Origin: Podarcis liolepis
Lineage: Eukaryota
Assembly: GCA_965112155.1 (NCBI GenBank)
Contig: OZ218114.1
DNA length: 64,000 nt
Reading direction: 5' to 3' (one strand)
Position 1 is the stretch's first letter, and every line of letters begins with the position of its first letter. The position numbers and the translations under genes are program-made. The notes beneath the pieces are model-generated. The model ran no database searches, had not been told where the DNA came from, and saw only the letters and a program-made list of their open reading frames with translations. This document shows positions 48,386 to 61,927 of the stretch, one piece after another.

Positions 48386-50241
48386 GCTTATCCCACCCCA
48401 ATAAATACCCATTTCAGAAAGCGCTGGCTCTCTGAGGCCCATGTTCAATCTGCATGCCTTCGACTCCAGAGGGAACAAGAGCATGGAAACTTCATGTTGC
48501 ATGACCCCTGCCAAGCCTGAAGCTTCCATGGGAAGCACTTTGCATAATGGCTACTCTAGCCCTGTTCCCAAGGAAGATGCAAGTGTGAGGTTGTTCTCCA
48601 TAATAGGCCATTAAGCCCGCCCCAAAGCTTCATTCGCTCTCTATTTTTTTTGTATGTTATGTAATATTTTTATTTAGGTCAAGTCCCAGTCAGGCAGATT
48701 TGATGCGTATCTTAACAAAGTTGACATATAATCTGTTAGGATGTCTGCATCATTTGGAGCATGCATAGGTAACTTCAAAACAGTTTGTTCTAAGCATCAA
48801 GTGTCTCTTTTACGCAGGGTAATTGCCAGAATTTTATTTGCTAAAATATTGGGAAACCAAGTAAAATTGCATGGCTAAATAAGATTAGGAACAGCTAATT
48901 TTCATTTAACTGCTTTTCAAATATCAACACTTACATTAGACCTGGAGATCTGATTTTACACATCACACATGAATAAACTGTCAATGTCCCAAGTCAAATC
49001 AATACGCTATGAATTTATGGTGAATGTTGCTTCCTTCTGTAGATATTTGGGGAAGTGGATGTATGAATTCTCTTTTTTAATTGAAGTGCCATTTAGTTTT
49101 AATGTTTTTTCCCTCTCTCTCTCTCTCTCTGAAAGCCTAACATCCTGCCAATCCACATTTTTTGAGAATGCCAGGCTTGTGTTGGGCTCTCACTGGCAGG
49201 AGATGAATTCACTTATTTGAAGCATTCTAGGGCAAATATAAAAGCAGCAGATAGGGTGCAAGTGTTTAAGGCAGGAATTTGCAAACTTGCAAATGAGTCA
49301 AACTCAAAGCACTCCTCTCATAACAGCCAGTCAGGCCCACAAGCAACACTCTCCCCACTTGTGATTTCCAGGAACTGGTTTTCAGAGGTGCATTGCTCGA
49401 ACAGTGCAGGTAGCATTTCTGCAGTTGTGCTATTGCAATGGGGAAAAATTCTCTTTTGAAGAGCAGCAGCTCTTGAGTCTTGTTGCCAACACTGTACAGG
49501 CACTTCTGCTGGTATCATGACCTCTTGCAGTACTGGCCAGTGTTCAATGTTCAGGCTGCAGCAGCAAAGGTAGGGGGTCTCAGTGAAATCAACATCCCCC
49601 CCCCAACCCAACTTGCCCATTCACTCTAGCCAAATCATTCCCAGCCTAGTAGGTCTTTGTAAAAAACAAAACAGTGTAGTTACAGGATCTTCAGAACAGT
49701 TATGGGGAGAGTGAGCCCGCTCTGCCCCCTGTAATTTGAGCACCTGTACAACTTGACCCTATGCATTTGGGAGCCAGCCTGCTTCCGCAGTTCCATTTCT
49801 CCTTCGCCCACCTTTCCGGAGGCTCCTTGGAGGAAAGGCCGGCGTGCCCCAATGTATATTAACATCTTAATGGAAAAGCTGTACATGTATATACGTTTAC
49901 TGCTCTCTCTGACAAGAGGGAATTACATGTCAGAAGGATTTGTAGCATCTGTAATTGAATTGCTGCTGAGAAAAGCAAATCTTAAGGAAGAATAACACAT
50001 TAGGATTAGCAAATAATGTGGCGTTTTGTCAGAGCCTGCCATCTAGCTTGTCCCTCTTCAGTACTGTACCGGTGACTCCCCCCCTCCCCCCCTCCCCGCT
50101 TCACTCTTTAACTAAAGAGACAATGTTAACTGGGGCAACCATTTCAGCTGACACTTACTTTTAAGGTCAATATTTGTTTGCAAAGCAAATCCGTCACACC
50201 CCCACTCCTACCACTGGTTCTGGCACAGGTCGATAGTCAAT

Positions 50242-50242
<1 letters not shown>

Positions 50243-50285
<43 letters not shown>
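50243..50285. repeat. (AC)n microsatellite
   Basis: About 21 units. Confidence 0.95.
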
Positions 50286-50286
<1 letters not shown>

Positions 50287-53200
50287 TGCATATGCAAACA
50301 CAAACACATGATGGGCTGAGTTGGGGCATGCTATAACATCTAATGGTCACTGTGAGTTTGCTTTTACAATTAGCCGTTAACTTTACATACAGAATTTCTG
50401 CAAAGCAAAAAGATTATCTCAGCCAGCAGAAAACTCTGCACTATGCCGTCCTTTGTGTGTCTCTTAATTCCATGTCCTGCTTCACACGTGTCATTTCTGC
50501 AGGGCTGCTGTACGTCTGGGTTTGTAGATTGTAACTTTTTAAATTGCCAGCTCGATAAGCAGATAAATCTCTATTTCAGCTGGGGATACTTTTTTTTTTT
50601 TTGGCACTTGGAAGACTTCAAAGGAAAAGTGTTACATAAAGAAGTGAAAACGCCTGATCTAATATCTTGTGACACTTTGAAATAAAAAAAAAATTGATTT
50701 GCTTCCAGAAGCATCTAAAAATAGCAAGGCTCATTCCAGTATTGCACCCCAGCCAGCAGAGACCACCAGCTGGTAGCACAGTGTTTTTTTTGTGGGTTTT
50801 TGTTTTTTTAACTTCAGAAATCACTCGGGTATACGAAGTCAAATCTAATCTTTGCATTTTCCTTCTTTCTTTCTTTTTTTTTAAAAAATCTAAATTGCAA
50901 GCATAAAATGTCCCTGAGGCTTTTGCTTTTCTCCTAAAAATGGATAACCAACCAAAATGCGCTTAGAGACTGCAGAGAAGTAGAAGTCTAAGAAGAGATG
51001 CGAGGTGGGTGCCTTTCTGCAGATGTGGCATCTCTTCTCCAGCTTCCAGCGCCCAAGAGAGGTGGTTTGCGGAAGAGGATGTGGGAGCGTCCCTAAAGAA
51101 TCAGACAACTGGACAACTTCTGTTTGCAACAAAGTTTTTCTGCAGTGTGAATCTCCCACCGTTAAGGTCAACAAGCCATAGACCACCACCTCTGCTATAT
51201 ACATAGATTGAGTTTTCCTGCTCTCCTTTAATTACAGTAGATCTAAGAGTGCCTTTGAACAGTCTTTAAAAAGCAAGCAAATGACTTGTGACTTGTGGCT
51301 TGTGAATGAGACCAGAGTTGGAATTGGTATCAGACTCTTGTGCCCTTCAAAGAGTGAAGAAGTCTTCTGTCTTCAGGGCAGAGACTGTTGTAAAGGCACA
51401 AGTAAGGGGTCGAGGTCCAGGAATCCTTCCCTAGGATGCAGTGCAGAAGTGGGGGCATTCAGACTGAAATGAAACTCAAATATTGATCAATGTTAGCAAG
51501 CCTTCCGTAGAATAACATCTGCAAACTGACTTGAAAAGGAACGGCTCCCCTCGTTTGATGATCTAATAGAGGAAGCATGGGCTTGTTATCCTTTAAGGTG
51601 AGGAAGGCACTCTTGACTGTCTTCCACAGGTGCAATGCTCATTGGCTTGCAAGCACCGAGCATCCTCTACACACTGTAGTTAATTTTTAATTAACATGTA
51701 CCCTCAAAGACAGGATACTTAGCCATGCACAAAATAAAATAAACTTGGAGCGTGCACTCTGCAAAGCTTCTGTTTTCGTAGAAATAATTAAGAAAAATGT
51801 GAGTGCAGATCCCAGCGGAAGGAATCGCATTTAATAAACTCGGCTGGCCAAAAGCGTGTGGTAAGCGGCACACAGGCTTCTTTGGGGAACAACAGGCTAG
51901 ATGAGGAGCTACTGCTGTTGACTTAATTGCAAATTGAACAGCAGCCACGAGAGCTTGGCAAGTGAGTGACATTGACACAATATTTCAGTTGGTCTGTTGC
52001 GGGACAGATGCTCAACTGGCGTAAATCAACCGAATGCCAGAAACTGTCACTTCAGCTGCGCCGGGTGTATATCAGCTGCGGTGCCCGTAGTTTTGTTGCC
52101 CCCCCCCCATGTGTGTCCCATCTGCAGTGGACAACCTTGGCAGAAAAGGATGTATTCTCTCCAGGCACTGTGCAAAGAGCCTTTTATTGTTTTCCCTAAC
52201 ATCACTCAAGATCATCCTAATGTCAGAAGGGTCTCTAAACAATGCTTCTATGTATTCTGTAGAGGGCTTTGGAATTGGTGGGAGCAACCACAGAAATAAA
52301 AGCCCTTTAAGGTTGGGGACATAGACCCATTGAGAAACCTGCAACTTCCCAGCTGGCAGGTCAGGGGTTGAATTTTTGCCTGTGTGCTCTGCTTGTACCA
52401 TTTCCCTGGAAATTTTGGTGACTCCACCTGAAAATCCATGGGGACAGGACAGGCGGAACCAGATCTTACCAGAATGTGATAGCATCTTTAATTTCACACG
52501 GATTTAGACCTTCCCTTGGTAGCTCAGTAGCATAGAACAGTTATGACAAGATGCTGCCAGCTGAGTCAAGCTGTGATCACAGAGACACTGGGAATGTGAT
52601 TGTTGATCAAGCAACACGATAAGCCTGTTAATTGTGGGAAGCATTAAAATATCTTTCTCATTTAAATATTCATGCGCAATTTTTTAAAATAAATGTTTCC
52701 TTACTCCGGATCCTGGTATTATGGAAGAACTGCAATTTCCCTTGTGATCTGAAGCTATTTGGCCATTTGGGATTTGTTCATTCTCCTCCTTGAGAAACTT
52801 GTTCTTAAGAGCTGTCCTACTGAGGCTCTGCCTCTGGGCCACATTTCGACCCTGCATAAACACCGCTCCCCCGGAAACGAGAGATAATCTGGAGCATCCT
52901 CTTCTTCCCGTATATTAAGAGATGCCTTATGCAGTCTACCTGCCATTTACAGGAGATGGTCATGCAAACCAGTTTGCACCCTCTCCATGATTCGCCTTTT
53001 GGGCTTTCCTGGGGAATGGAGTCTTGGGACCTTAGTTAAACATCCGGCAGGCAAGTGACACAAGAGCTGTCCCAAAAGAAACTCGTAATGCAGAGCTGAA
53101 CTCATAGGGTGCATTGCCAAAGAGCACTTTTACCTGGCTCCCAGCAGAGCAGTGGTTGTGGTCCTGTTTTGTGCGGACTCGCAAGCTTGCCAGATGCTCA

Positions 53201-54859
53201 TCCTCCATTGACAGTGCGCAGGGCCCTTGAGTTGCACGGTAACCGTGTGTGGTGGACTGCTGCTGACCTTAGCCCACTTCTTGATGCCCCGACGTGAACC
53301 TCGGTTTTTCCTCTTTGCGGTTTGAAAGGTGGCGGCGGCGGCGGCAGCAGCGAGGAACGCTCTGAAGGACCCTTCTCCTAATTGAAACTGTTTTTAATTA
53401 AACCGTTTTACAGCGCTCTCAGTCACGAGTTATTTACTTACATCCTTTGGTGCTTAATCTTGGAGCAGAATTGGAAATATCAATGGGAAGCATAAATTCC
53501 CAGCCCCTGCTGCAAGCATTGTATCAGGTCTCGCCTCCAAAGAGCACCATTACCTTTAGCTGTCACGGATCTGTACACTTGATCGATAAACTTCAAATAT
53601 TATTAGAGGTGGAGGCTTCAGAGATTGACTCTGTTCTTTGGAGAGAGGCTGAGATAAATCTTTCTTAAAAAATTGACTGGAATTTGCACACTCGCTCTTC
53701 CTGGTGAAACGCATTTCTCTTAGGTGCCTGGGCAGCTGCGGGGGGTGGAAGGGCAGATTTATTGGCTGTATGCTTCTTGTAGTGAAAGATTTAAATGGTA
53801 AATCCTTCACATATGACTTCACAAATCATGTAAAGTTAAAAGAATTTTACCGTTTCTGTTGCTGCTGCTGTGCTTAAATTGTAAGGGATGGCCAGTAAAT
53901 CATTTTAATGGAGGTGTCACAGTTGAACTCAATAAAAAAAGGGGGGGCGGCGACAATGGTTTTAGCTTCCATTCCAAAATGTTAATGTATTAATCAACGA
54001 GAGAATAATTGTTTTTTACTACATTATAAATCTCGGTTGCCATTGGAATTGCAGCCAGGGCTGTTGTAGCTGCATTCTTAAATTAAAATTGTTTACATTG
54101 CTATACATTAATTTTACACAGCCATCGCTCATTCCGGGTTCGTTGTGGGATTTCTCCCCAGCCGCGCAAGTCCTTCCTCCTCTCCAGGTGGAGGGAGGGA
54201 GGGAGGGAGCAGCAGCTTATAAAAACAAATTAATTGTGTGGCAAGTTGTTAAATAAATAAAATAAAGAAGCATGTCATGATTGCTTGCTATCTTCATTTC
54301 AGAGAAATCTTGCGGAGGGGATCAACATCCACAGAATTTGAAATTATCAGGCTAGGTTTCGGAAGTGTTTTCTCCTTGAGTCAGACAGCAATTTGAGAAC
54401 AGGGTCCCCTTTTTTCCTTTCCGTCCCCCCCCTTTTTTTTTCTTTTTTTGCATGCACAGTTTGGCTGTGTAAATGGTTATTTGAGATGACATCATCTGGG
54501 TTAAGTGCTGGGGACATCGGCGTGGAAGTTTTTGCAACAACAACAACCAAAACGATTCAGGGCTCCATGTGCTTCCTTCCTCTCCCCTTGCCCCAGCTTT
54601 GCCCATCTTGACTTGCCCACTGCATTTGGAAATGTGTCTTATTGCTGCTCTGGGTGAGCCGACTAGGCTGGGTTGCTTGTTCTTCTGCCTGAGCTGACTT
54701 GCCTGGGTACTCCTATTTTCCCCCCTTGTTAAAAGAAACAAAACCAAAAAGCCACACACACTCACATAAAAACCCAGATGGAAGTGGAGGAGGGTTGCCC
54801 TGATTTGCAAGTGGCCATTATTACGGATATTAATACTTACTGTTTTCTAATTGTGGCAG

Positions 54860-54991
54860 ATTCCCGAGCAGGTGAGGAAAGTGCCATCACCGCTGTGGAC
54901 CATGCCGTGATCGGTGGAGTCGTGGCCGTGGTGGTCTTTGCGATGCTCTGTCTCCTTATCATTCTGGGACGGTACTTTGCAAGACACAAAG
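54860..54991 (+). CDS. CADM1: CADM1 transmembrane exon: (D)[43 protein letters not shown]
   Basis: ttgtggcag| acceptor, AAG|gtaaat donor; 132 nt; hydrophobic helix [22 protein letters not shown] typical of SynCAMs; within ORF 54778..55020. Confidence 0.98.
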
Positions 54992-55958
54992 GTAAATCGG
55001 CAAGAGTGGGGCTTAACTGAACTCCCCCACCCACCCTACAAAAATGGAGAGGAGGAGTCTATACGCACCTCACAGCCATCACCTGTTGAGAGTTTTGCAT
55101 GCGAGAGAACGAGCCGCTTGGTGCCTGTTTGCAGCTCCTGCTTTCCCTAATCTGTCACCTGGCTGCTGTTTTTTAAAAGGTGGCTCTTCCTGAGAAAGTC
55201 CAGCCAAACAGGTATCGCACAAGTTCAAATCAGAGTGAGGAACCAGTGCTCTCATTCTCTGTATGGGATTGTCAGGAAGCCCAGGCAGATGACTTCACAA
55301 AGTTCAGAAGAAGGAGGCAGTGCCCTCACTCTGATTTGAACATGTTGTGCATTTGTTCCTTAGGTGCTCCTATGAATGTTAATGGGTGTTTGTTTCATGT
55401 GGACTGATTTTTTTTTTTTTTTTTTGCAAGATGTACCCTTGTTTTAGCTCGACGAGGGCTGTCTGCAACAGGAATGGGACCCAGGTTCCAATTCTGATCC
55501 ATGCCATTCTTTTTTAAATACAAGAAATACATAGAGTTACCAAACTGGACATGCAAGTATTACTTCTCTAGCAAAATGAAAATTTGAGAGCATTTGGAGG
55601 GCTATTGGATATGGAGGGGAGAGGACAACCCTCCGCCCATGGCAACCATGCACCTCTCAAAGGCACAAAGAACCCTTTGCAATTGATGGGATTTGCAAGT
55701 ATCCAATTCCATAACCTGTTTTGCTTTGATGCTTATTGCAGTTATCCCAGTTTGCCATCCTTCAGCAGCAGGGTGCATGGACAGGGAGGGCTCTTAAAAC
55801 AGTGGCAGGGCACATGCTGTGCATTCAATGCTCAGCATTTAAATGGAACAGGCAGCAGTTAGGTGCTCTGCTGCCTACAAGTATATGCAGTGCAGATAGT
55901 TGGTGCCACCACCATGGAGCCCCTGTCTCAGCCCCTGCGGTTGCTCCTCTCTTTGCAG

Positions 55959-56077
55959 GTACATACTTCACTCACGAAGCCAAAGGAGCTGACGATGCGG
56001 CCGACGCAGACACAGCTATAATCAATGCAGAGGGAGGACAGAACAACTCTGAAGAGAAGAAAGAGTACTTCATCTAG
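55959..56077 (+). CDS. CADM1: CADM1 last coding exon, cytoplasmic tail: (G)[38 protein letters not shown]
   Basis: ctctctttgcag| acceptor; protein 4.1/FERM-binding motif RHKGTYFTHE across the junction; class II PDZ-binding C-terminus EYFI; TAG at 56075-56077. Confidence 0.98.
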
Positions 56078-57618
56078 ATCCGTCTTGATTTCCATGAGGT
56101 GTCCAACTGCGGACAGTTACTGGCCCTGTGTAGAAGATACAGACTGTGATGTTGGAAGTTGCTACCAGCTTATGGTTTTGGGTTTTTTTTAAAACTTTGT
56201 CTCTTTTCTGTCTTTTTCTTTCTTTTCCCTTCCAGTGCTGTTTATTTTTATTTCTTCTTTTTTTTTATTGAATGGTTGGCAAAGTGTGTGGGGAGCATCG
56301 AGGATTCCCTGTGTAATAGAGTTCTTTGTAAAGTACATTCTGCTGTTTGGCACCTCAGTTCCTTTGGGTTTTTGATTCTCGGGCCAAGTCCAACTTGGAT
56401 TTAGTTTAGTTCCATCATTTGCAGAAAATTCTGTGCCTTGTTTTATTTCTTGTTTCGTTGGGAGGGGAGGGGTGGAGAGCAGATGGTTTCATATTCTTTT
56501 TTTCTTCCTAGCTTCTCTTGGAATTGCCTGCTGGGATCCCTTGAAAGTAGACTTGGTTTCTTTCTTTTCTTTTAAGTGTTTTACCTTCATTTTTTTAAAC
56601 TCCTGGGTTGTTTTTGGTTGTTGTTGTTGTTGTTTGAAACTGTGTCATCAAAGGAGAACCGGCACACCTTAGATTCCATCGTTTGAAATTCAGTGTATTC
56701 ATCATCCACCCTACTCCCTTGTCATGAGAGCTTGGAAGAACACACTTTTTAGGAGAATGGTTTGCAGCTGCCCAGGTTTCCAACGCAGCGAAGACTAGCC
56801 AAAATAGGCTGAAATGTCCGGAATATGCTCTGCTTTTCATTGAGACCCAGAACCATGCTGAGTTACCTGCAAGCAAAGTGGACTCTGGGAGAGAGCGGAG
56901 TCTGTTCTTTATTCTAGGTCTATAGACTGACTCCTCTTTGCTGGACATGCCCATATTGTCTGTACAGGAACAGGGTATTGAGTGCATTTCCCCGGTTCTC
57001 GCCCTAAACAGCCGTGACAGATGAGGGCTGCTCCTTTCGTGCAAGTAGGCAAATTTGAGTTGTCGCAGAAGGGAAAGCGGGGAGGGAAGAAATGCGAAGT
57101 TCTGCTCTAATTATTTTCTGTTGCAAATGATCCCTACGCTGGCTCCCAATTGGCCTCGCATTGCTGTAATTTACAGGAAACAGGAAAAAGAAAAAACTTT
57201 GTGATGTGAAAGGAATACGAATCGGCCGACTTCTTTTTCTTTTTCTTCATTATTATGTTATCTGTCTTGGTTTGCCCCCTTCTTCTTCCTCTCTTCTTCT
57301 CTTTTGTATCTTGCTAAAGAGGGCACAGAGGGTGAGGCGCTATGATTGCGGCCTGCAGGTACTGTACATTACAGGTATTGGTCATGCTGAGGTATCCGTC
57401 CACAGACTGTGTGGAACTTTTCATTCCTTCAGATTTGACTTCACAAAAGGCAGGAGGGAAGAGAAGAAAAGACGCCTTGTTTTCATGCTGGACTGCCCTG
57501 CATCTCTGTTCCAGAAAGGTCAGAGCAGAGGTGGAGAAATCAGCATGGAAAGTCCCCCCCCCCTTCCAGTTACTCAATCCAAACTCTTAAATGCTGAGTT
57601 TGTATGAGGAAATCAAGA

Positions 57619-57622
<4 letters not shown>

Positions 57623-57670
<48 letters not shown>
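57623..57670. repeat. (AT)n microsatellite within the 3' UTR
   Basis: About 24 units. Confidence 0.95.
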
Positions 57671-57672
<2 letters not shown>

Positions 57673-59197
57673 TTTATTTCCTTTTCCCTGACTCTGTACC
57701 TTCCAAACGCAGCCCCTGGCCTCCTTCCTCAGCCTTAAGAGCCATCTGCCAATAAATTACTGATCCTTGCATGATGGTAGTCATGGTGAAGAGATAACTA
57801 AAAATAAGTTTACCTTGTGAGTGTTGGAGATCTGAAGCCTCGGGAGGAAGAGAGCAAAGTCTGTGTGTCTGCCACTTCCTTTCCTTTCCTGGGGAGGGGG
57901 GAGCATGGTACCCCACCCCCCCTTGGGGATAATACGCTGCTTCGAAACCCTTTTAACAAAAGGAGAAAGCGACGTGTGATGTGAATCAGGATTTTTTTTT
58001 TTTTTTTAATGAGGCACCAGATAAAGGGTTGGCATTAAGAAGAGGCTAGCTCATGAGGGAACCCCTCAGTTCATTACGGAATTAAGGAATTTGAAGGATT
58101 AATTTTAGCGGCAGTCATGTTACGTACATGCCAAGTTTTATTAGGGGAGAATATCATCTCTAGATGTATTTTAAAAGGCTTTTAAAAATAGTTATATTTG
58201 TGAGTTTTAGGTTTGTTTAATTGTTGGCAGAGCCATTCAGATGCTACCTTTACACACAAAATAAAACCCCTTTCCCCCCTTCTTTTTCGTACAATATTTT
58301 CCTTCCCCGCCCTCCCTCTCCTTTAGAACCATGAAAACGCAATTGACCTCTTGCAAAGTTTTGTAACGTGCCCCTCTTGTTTCTCTGCCTTCTGTACTGC
58401 TTGAGACAACAGGTCAACCCCATGGAAGGGCAAAGACAGTGATTGAAAAATTGTGGGGGTGGGTTTTGGGGAGGGGGCTTTTTTCTACCCATTCATCACA
58501 GAACTGGCATACCGTTCCCTGAGCAGCTCATCCTTGTTTTGAAAAGTGTACAGTCGTGCAAGTGTTCCCAATGTAACTTTGACTTAATAATGTTGACATG
58601 TCTCAGGTTCATGTGTTTTGATTGGTGTTTTCCGTCTCAGGTAGATCGCGAAAAGTTTTTGGCCCCACACGTTGGAAGAGAACACAACGAGCAACCACAA
58701 CAGGAACTGATGGGTTTTAGTTGTATATCAAGTTTTAAAGGGTTTTTACTTTTCTTTCCCCCTGCCCCCCTGCAAGTATACAGTGCACTGTTTGAAATGT
58801 ATTGTTAAGTATTGATTTGTACAGGGTTAGATTACAAGGATTTTGTTAAGAGTGGAGAAAGAACAAACTTGTTTCCCAGGGGTTTGCAGCTTGGAGATTT
58901 TTCTTAGGCTTTGTGGTTGGGGAGTTTATTTTTTATAACATCAGCAACAGCAAAACAGGAATGTTGCCAAGAAAAATATGGGATGCATAACTGATGCCAA
59001 ATAAGCTTGTTCTTTACTCACCGCCAGTGACATTTCGTTACTTCTGCCCCCTTAGGCCGATTCTGTTTTAAGGTGTCCATGGACAATGTTGCAGTGTAAG
59101 AAAACGCATATTCATATCTTCCCATTCACATTTTGTATTGGTTCATGTATACCATTTTTACAAAGAAAAAGAAGTACTATAAAGTATCTGTCTTCTT

Positions 59198-59203
59198 AAT
59201 AAA
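59198..59203 (+). promoter_or_regulatory. Probable distal polyadenylation signal of CADM1
   Basis: AATAAA preceded by TGTA motifs and followed by a U-rich downstream element. Confidence 0.7.
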
Positions 59204-59479
59204 AACAAATTAATGTTACAAAACTACTTTTCTGTCTCGTTCTGCACTCTTTTGCGGCAGCATCTACAAGGGATGCTCCTAAGTAGGAGGCAGGCTGCCA
59301 TGTCCTCAGCCCTGTTTTGGGAGCCCCACCAGACACCATGTTTGTGTGCTCAACCAGTCCTCCATCCCAAAACACACAACTTGGCTTCTCAGCTTTTCTT
59401 AAACTATCTGTGCCAGTTGCAAGTGCTTCTCTGAGGTCTGCCATGGCTCTCATTCGTAAGCTGCTTACAGTGTGATGCA

Positions 59480-59595
59480 ATGTGGCACCCTCCAAATGTA
59501 AACTACAACTCCCATCAGCCACAGCCAGCATAACCAATGGAAGATGGGAGTTGTAGTCCACCAACAGCTGCAGGACCCCAGGTTGGCTAACCTTG
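59480..59595. mobile_element. Palindromic MITE (family of 34891)
   Basis: actacaactcccatc ... gatgggagttgtagt perfect inverted core. Confidence 0.7.
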
Positions 59596-60630
59596 GTGTG
59601 GGCTCACAAGCCCATCCCAAACACCACAGGCAGCTGGCCTTTCACAAATTAAACATACCTGGTCTGTGCCCATCTCTTGGTGAGACTGTGGGTTGTGTTC
59701 TTAATTTCTGGCCTCCCCAAAATCCAAGCACTGCTTACCTTCTTTTTCACCTTTCCTAATTGTAACAATTGCTTAAGGGCTAGCTATGCAGCTTCTTGCC
59801 AGAAAGGAAGCACTTATCCCTCCATCTGCTTGGTGGCTGTCACGTTCTTGAGCACACCCTGGCAGGTAGGGAAATGTCTCTGTATTCTAGGCTGGCAGAA
59901 TGGTCTTTGCTTTTTCTTGCTCGCCCTCGTATTTTTAGAGTTTCCTCTCCCACGAAATTATTTGTGCAGAAATGCCCTCCGATGTAGCTGTTGGGGGAGG
60001 CTTTCCCCTGAAGCCCCAGTGGTTTCCTTCCCTTATTTGGAAAGAAAATAAAGGAAATCTGTTTCCTGAAGGGCAGGCGATGGAGTTATTAGTTTTTCCA
60101 CTATTGTTGTTGGCTGATGGCATCTCCCGGTACATTGGCGGGTGGCCCTAAGGTGGTGTGTGGGCTCTAATTGGTGCCATCGTTCACCATCCTGCACAAG
60201 CGAGAAAAGGGAAACCTTGCTCAATAGAAGAGGCTGTTTTCCTTGGAGAAATATTGTGCTTATGCTTTCTTCTGGAACACTAAAAACACAGCACCGTTGC
60301 TCTTCTCAACACCTTTTATTTTTTTTTATTTTTTTTCTTGCTCTTCAGGCAGAAGAGGGGAGCTGGCCATGGACTTGCCTAGCTTTCATGAATTGGTCCT
60401 CTGCTATGCCAACCTTGACTGAGGCACAGCTGATGCTTTTGGGGTCTCTCGTTCCTTCTTGATTCCAGCCTCCCAGCCACTTCTGGGAAAGACGGCAGGA
60501 AGAGGTTGCTAGCAGCCTGCTGAGCAGTGCTTATTTTACCCAGGGTGGCCTGACAAGCCTGCTTTTCAACCCACAATTCTACTACTCCTTTCCCTCAGCA
60601 AGCCATTATCCTGAGCCTTACTGTTGTGGC

Positions 60631-60659
60631 TGTGTGTGTGTGTGTGTGTGTGTGTGTGT
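60631..60659. repeat. (TG)n microsatellite
   Basis: About 14 units. Confidence 0.95.
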
Positions 60660-61119
60660 TGGGTTACATCCTGTCTTGATTTTGACCCGCATCTGATTAC
60701 ACCCTAGAACAGATTTTACTCCATATTAACTTTCCAACCCACGTTTAAAAATGTTGCTTATGTTCTGGCTAACCCTACTGCTGCAGCAGTAATAGCTGCA
60801 TTTGACAATGGGGAGAGGCATAGAAACTGCCTTCCAGGGTCCCTCCAACCCTGCTAATGGCCAGTTCAATGAAATAGTCACATGGTTCCCAATTGGTGGT
60901 TTGCAGACCCTAGGGGGTCCGTGCCACCGTTCACATAACAAAAACCAACCCAGAGATATCAACATTTTCAAAAGTAAGAGGTCTATATCTTGGCCTTTGG
61001 AAAACGAGGTTTACAGTGTTTAGCTAACTGGGAACCACTGGTATAGTCTATTGTAATACTTCAGCCCCTACCCATTGCCTCCAAGGTTTGAGGGAGGCAC
61101 TTTTAAGGATGATAAACAT

Positions 61120-61303
61120 CTGTAGCTCAGCAGTAGAGTATCTGGTTTGCATGCAGAGGGTCTGAGGTTCAATGACTGGGATCTTCAAGTAGGACTGGGA
61201 AAAACTCCTACATGAAACCCTGGAGAGCCAGTGCCAGTCAGAACAGGCAGTACCAAGGAAAATGAACCAATGGTCTGACTCTGTATAAAACAGTTTCCTA
61301 TAT
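61120..61303 (+). mobile_element. tRNA-derived SINE
   Basis: tgtagctcagcagtagag A box, tttgcatgcag anticodon-arm-like segment, ggttcaat B box, non-tRNA body ending ccaatggtctgactctgtataaaacagtttcctat. Confidence 0.8.
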
Positions 61304-61927
61304 TTGGAGTGGAACCCCAGAGGTAGAATGCTAAATAATTTTCTTGGCGATCAGACAGCAATGTATTTCCACTGGCAATTAAAAACACTTTTGTTCACCC
61401 AGGCATTCGTGAATTGCTCTTGGTAGCTTGTTTGCTCCATTTATCGTGTGATTTTAGTCTTTAGATTTTTATTTGTTTGGATGAAAGTTGTGGTATGATT
61501 CTGTGGTGTTGTCTGGATTTTGCTGCACACTGCTTTTGATCTAGAAATTGCCAGTGAAAGAAAAAAGACAGGGAATGTTTGCACAGATTGAGGTAGCCCT
61601 TTGTCTCTGGTTTGTGTCCAAACCGATAACCCTAGAATCATAGAATTATAGAGTTGGAAAGACCCCCAAAGCAATGCAGAATCTTCTGCAATCCAGGAAT
61701 CGCAGCTGAAAAATCCCTGGCAGGTGGCCATCCAAACCTCTGTTTAAAAACTTCCAATGAAGGGGAGGCCACCATCTTCTGTGGTATAGCCCATTCCATT
61801 GTTGTCAGAGAGTTCTTCCTAATGTTAAGTTGGAATCTCCTTCCTTGTAATTTGTATCCATTGGTTTGGGTCCTACCCTTTGGAGCAGCAGGCTTGCTCC
61901 ATCTTCCATGTGACATCCCTTTAGATA

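Larger units (their letters stand above)
56078..59225 (+). other. CADM1: CADM1 3' UTR (about 3.1 kb; end approximate)
   Basis: No recognisable transposon relics, U-rich sequence following the stop; ends at AATAAA 59198-59203 followed by a U/GU-rich stretch (59228-59252); interspersed repeats resume at about 59480. Confidence 0.7.

Noticed and set aside
55736-55958. 5' extension of the last-exon ORF
   Set aside because: Intronic open frame upstream of a clear acceptor at 55957-55958; no similarity to CADM1.
54860-56077. Assignment to CADM2, CADM3 or CADM4
   Set aside because: Tail [36 protein letters not shown] and the DTTATTEPAVH insert are CADM1-specific as far as I know; paralogues differ at these positions.
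61120-61195. tRNA-like sequence with A and B boxes
   Set aside because: Degenerate stems and continuation into a body shared with 4976 and 6190-6685 identify it as a SINE head, not a tRNA gene.
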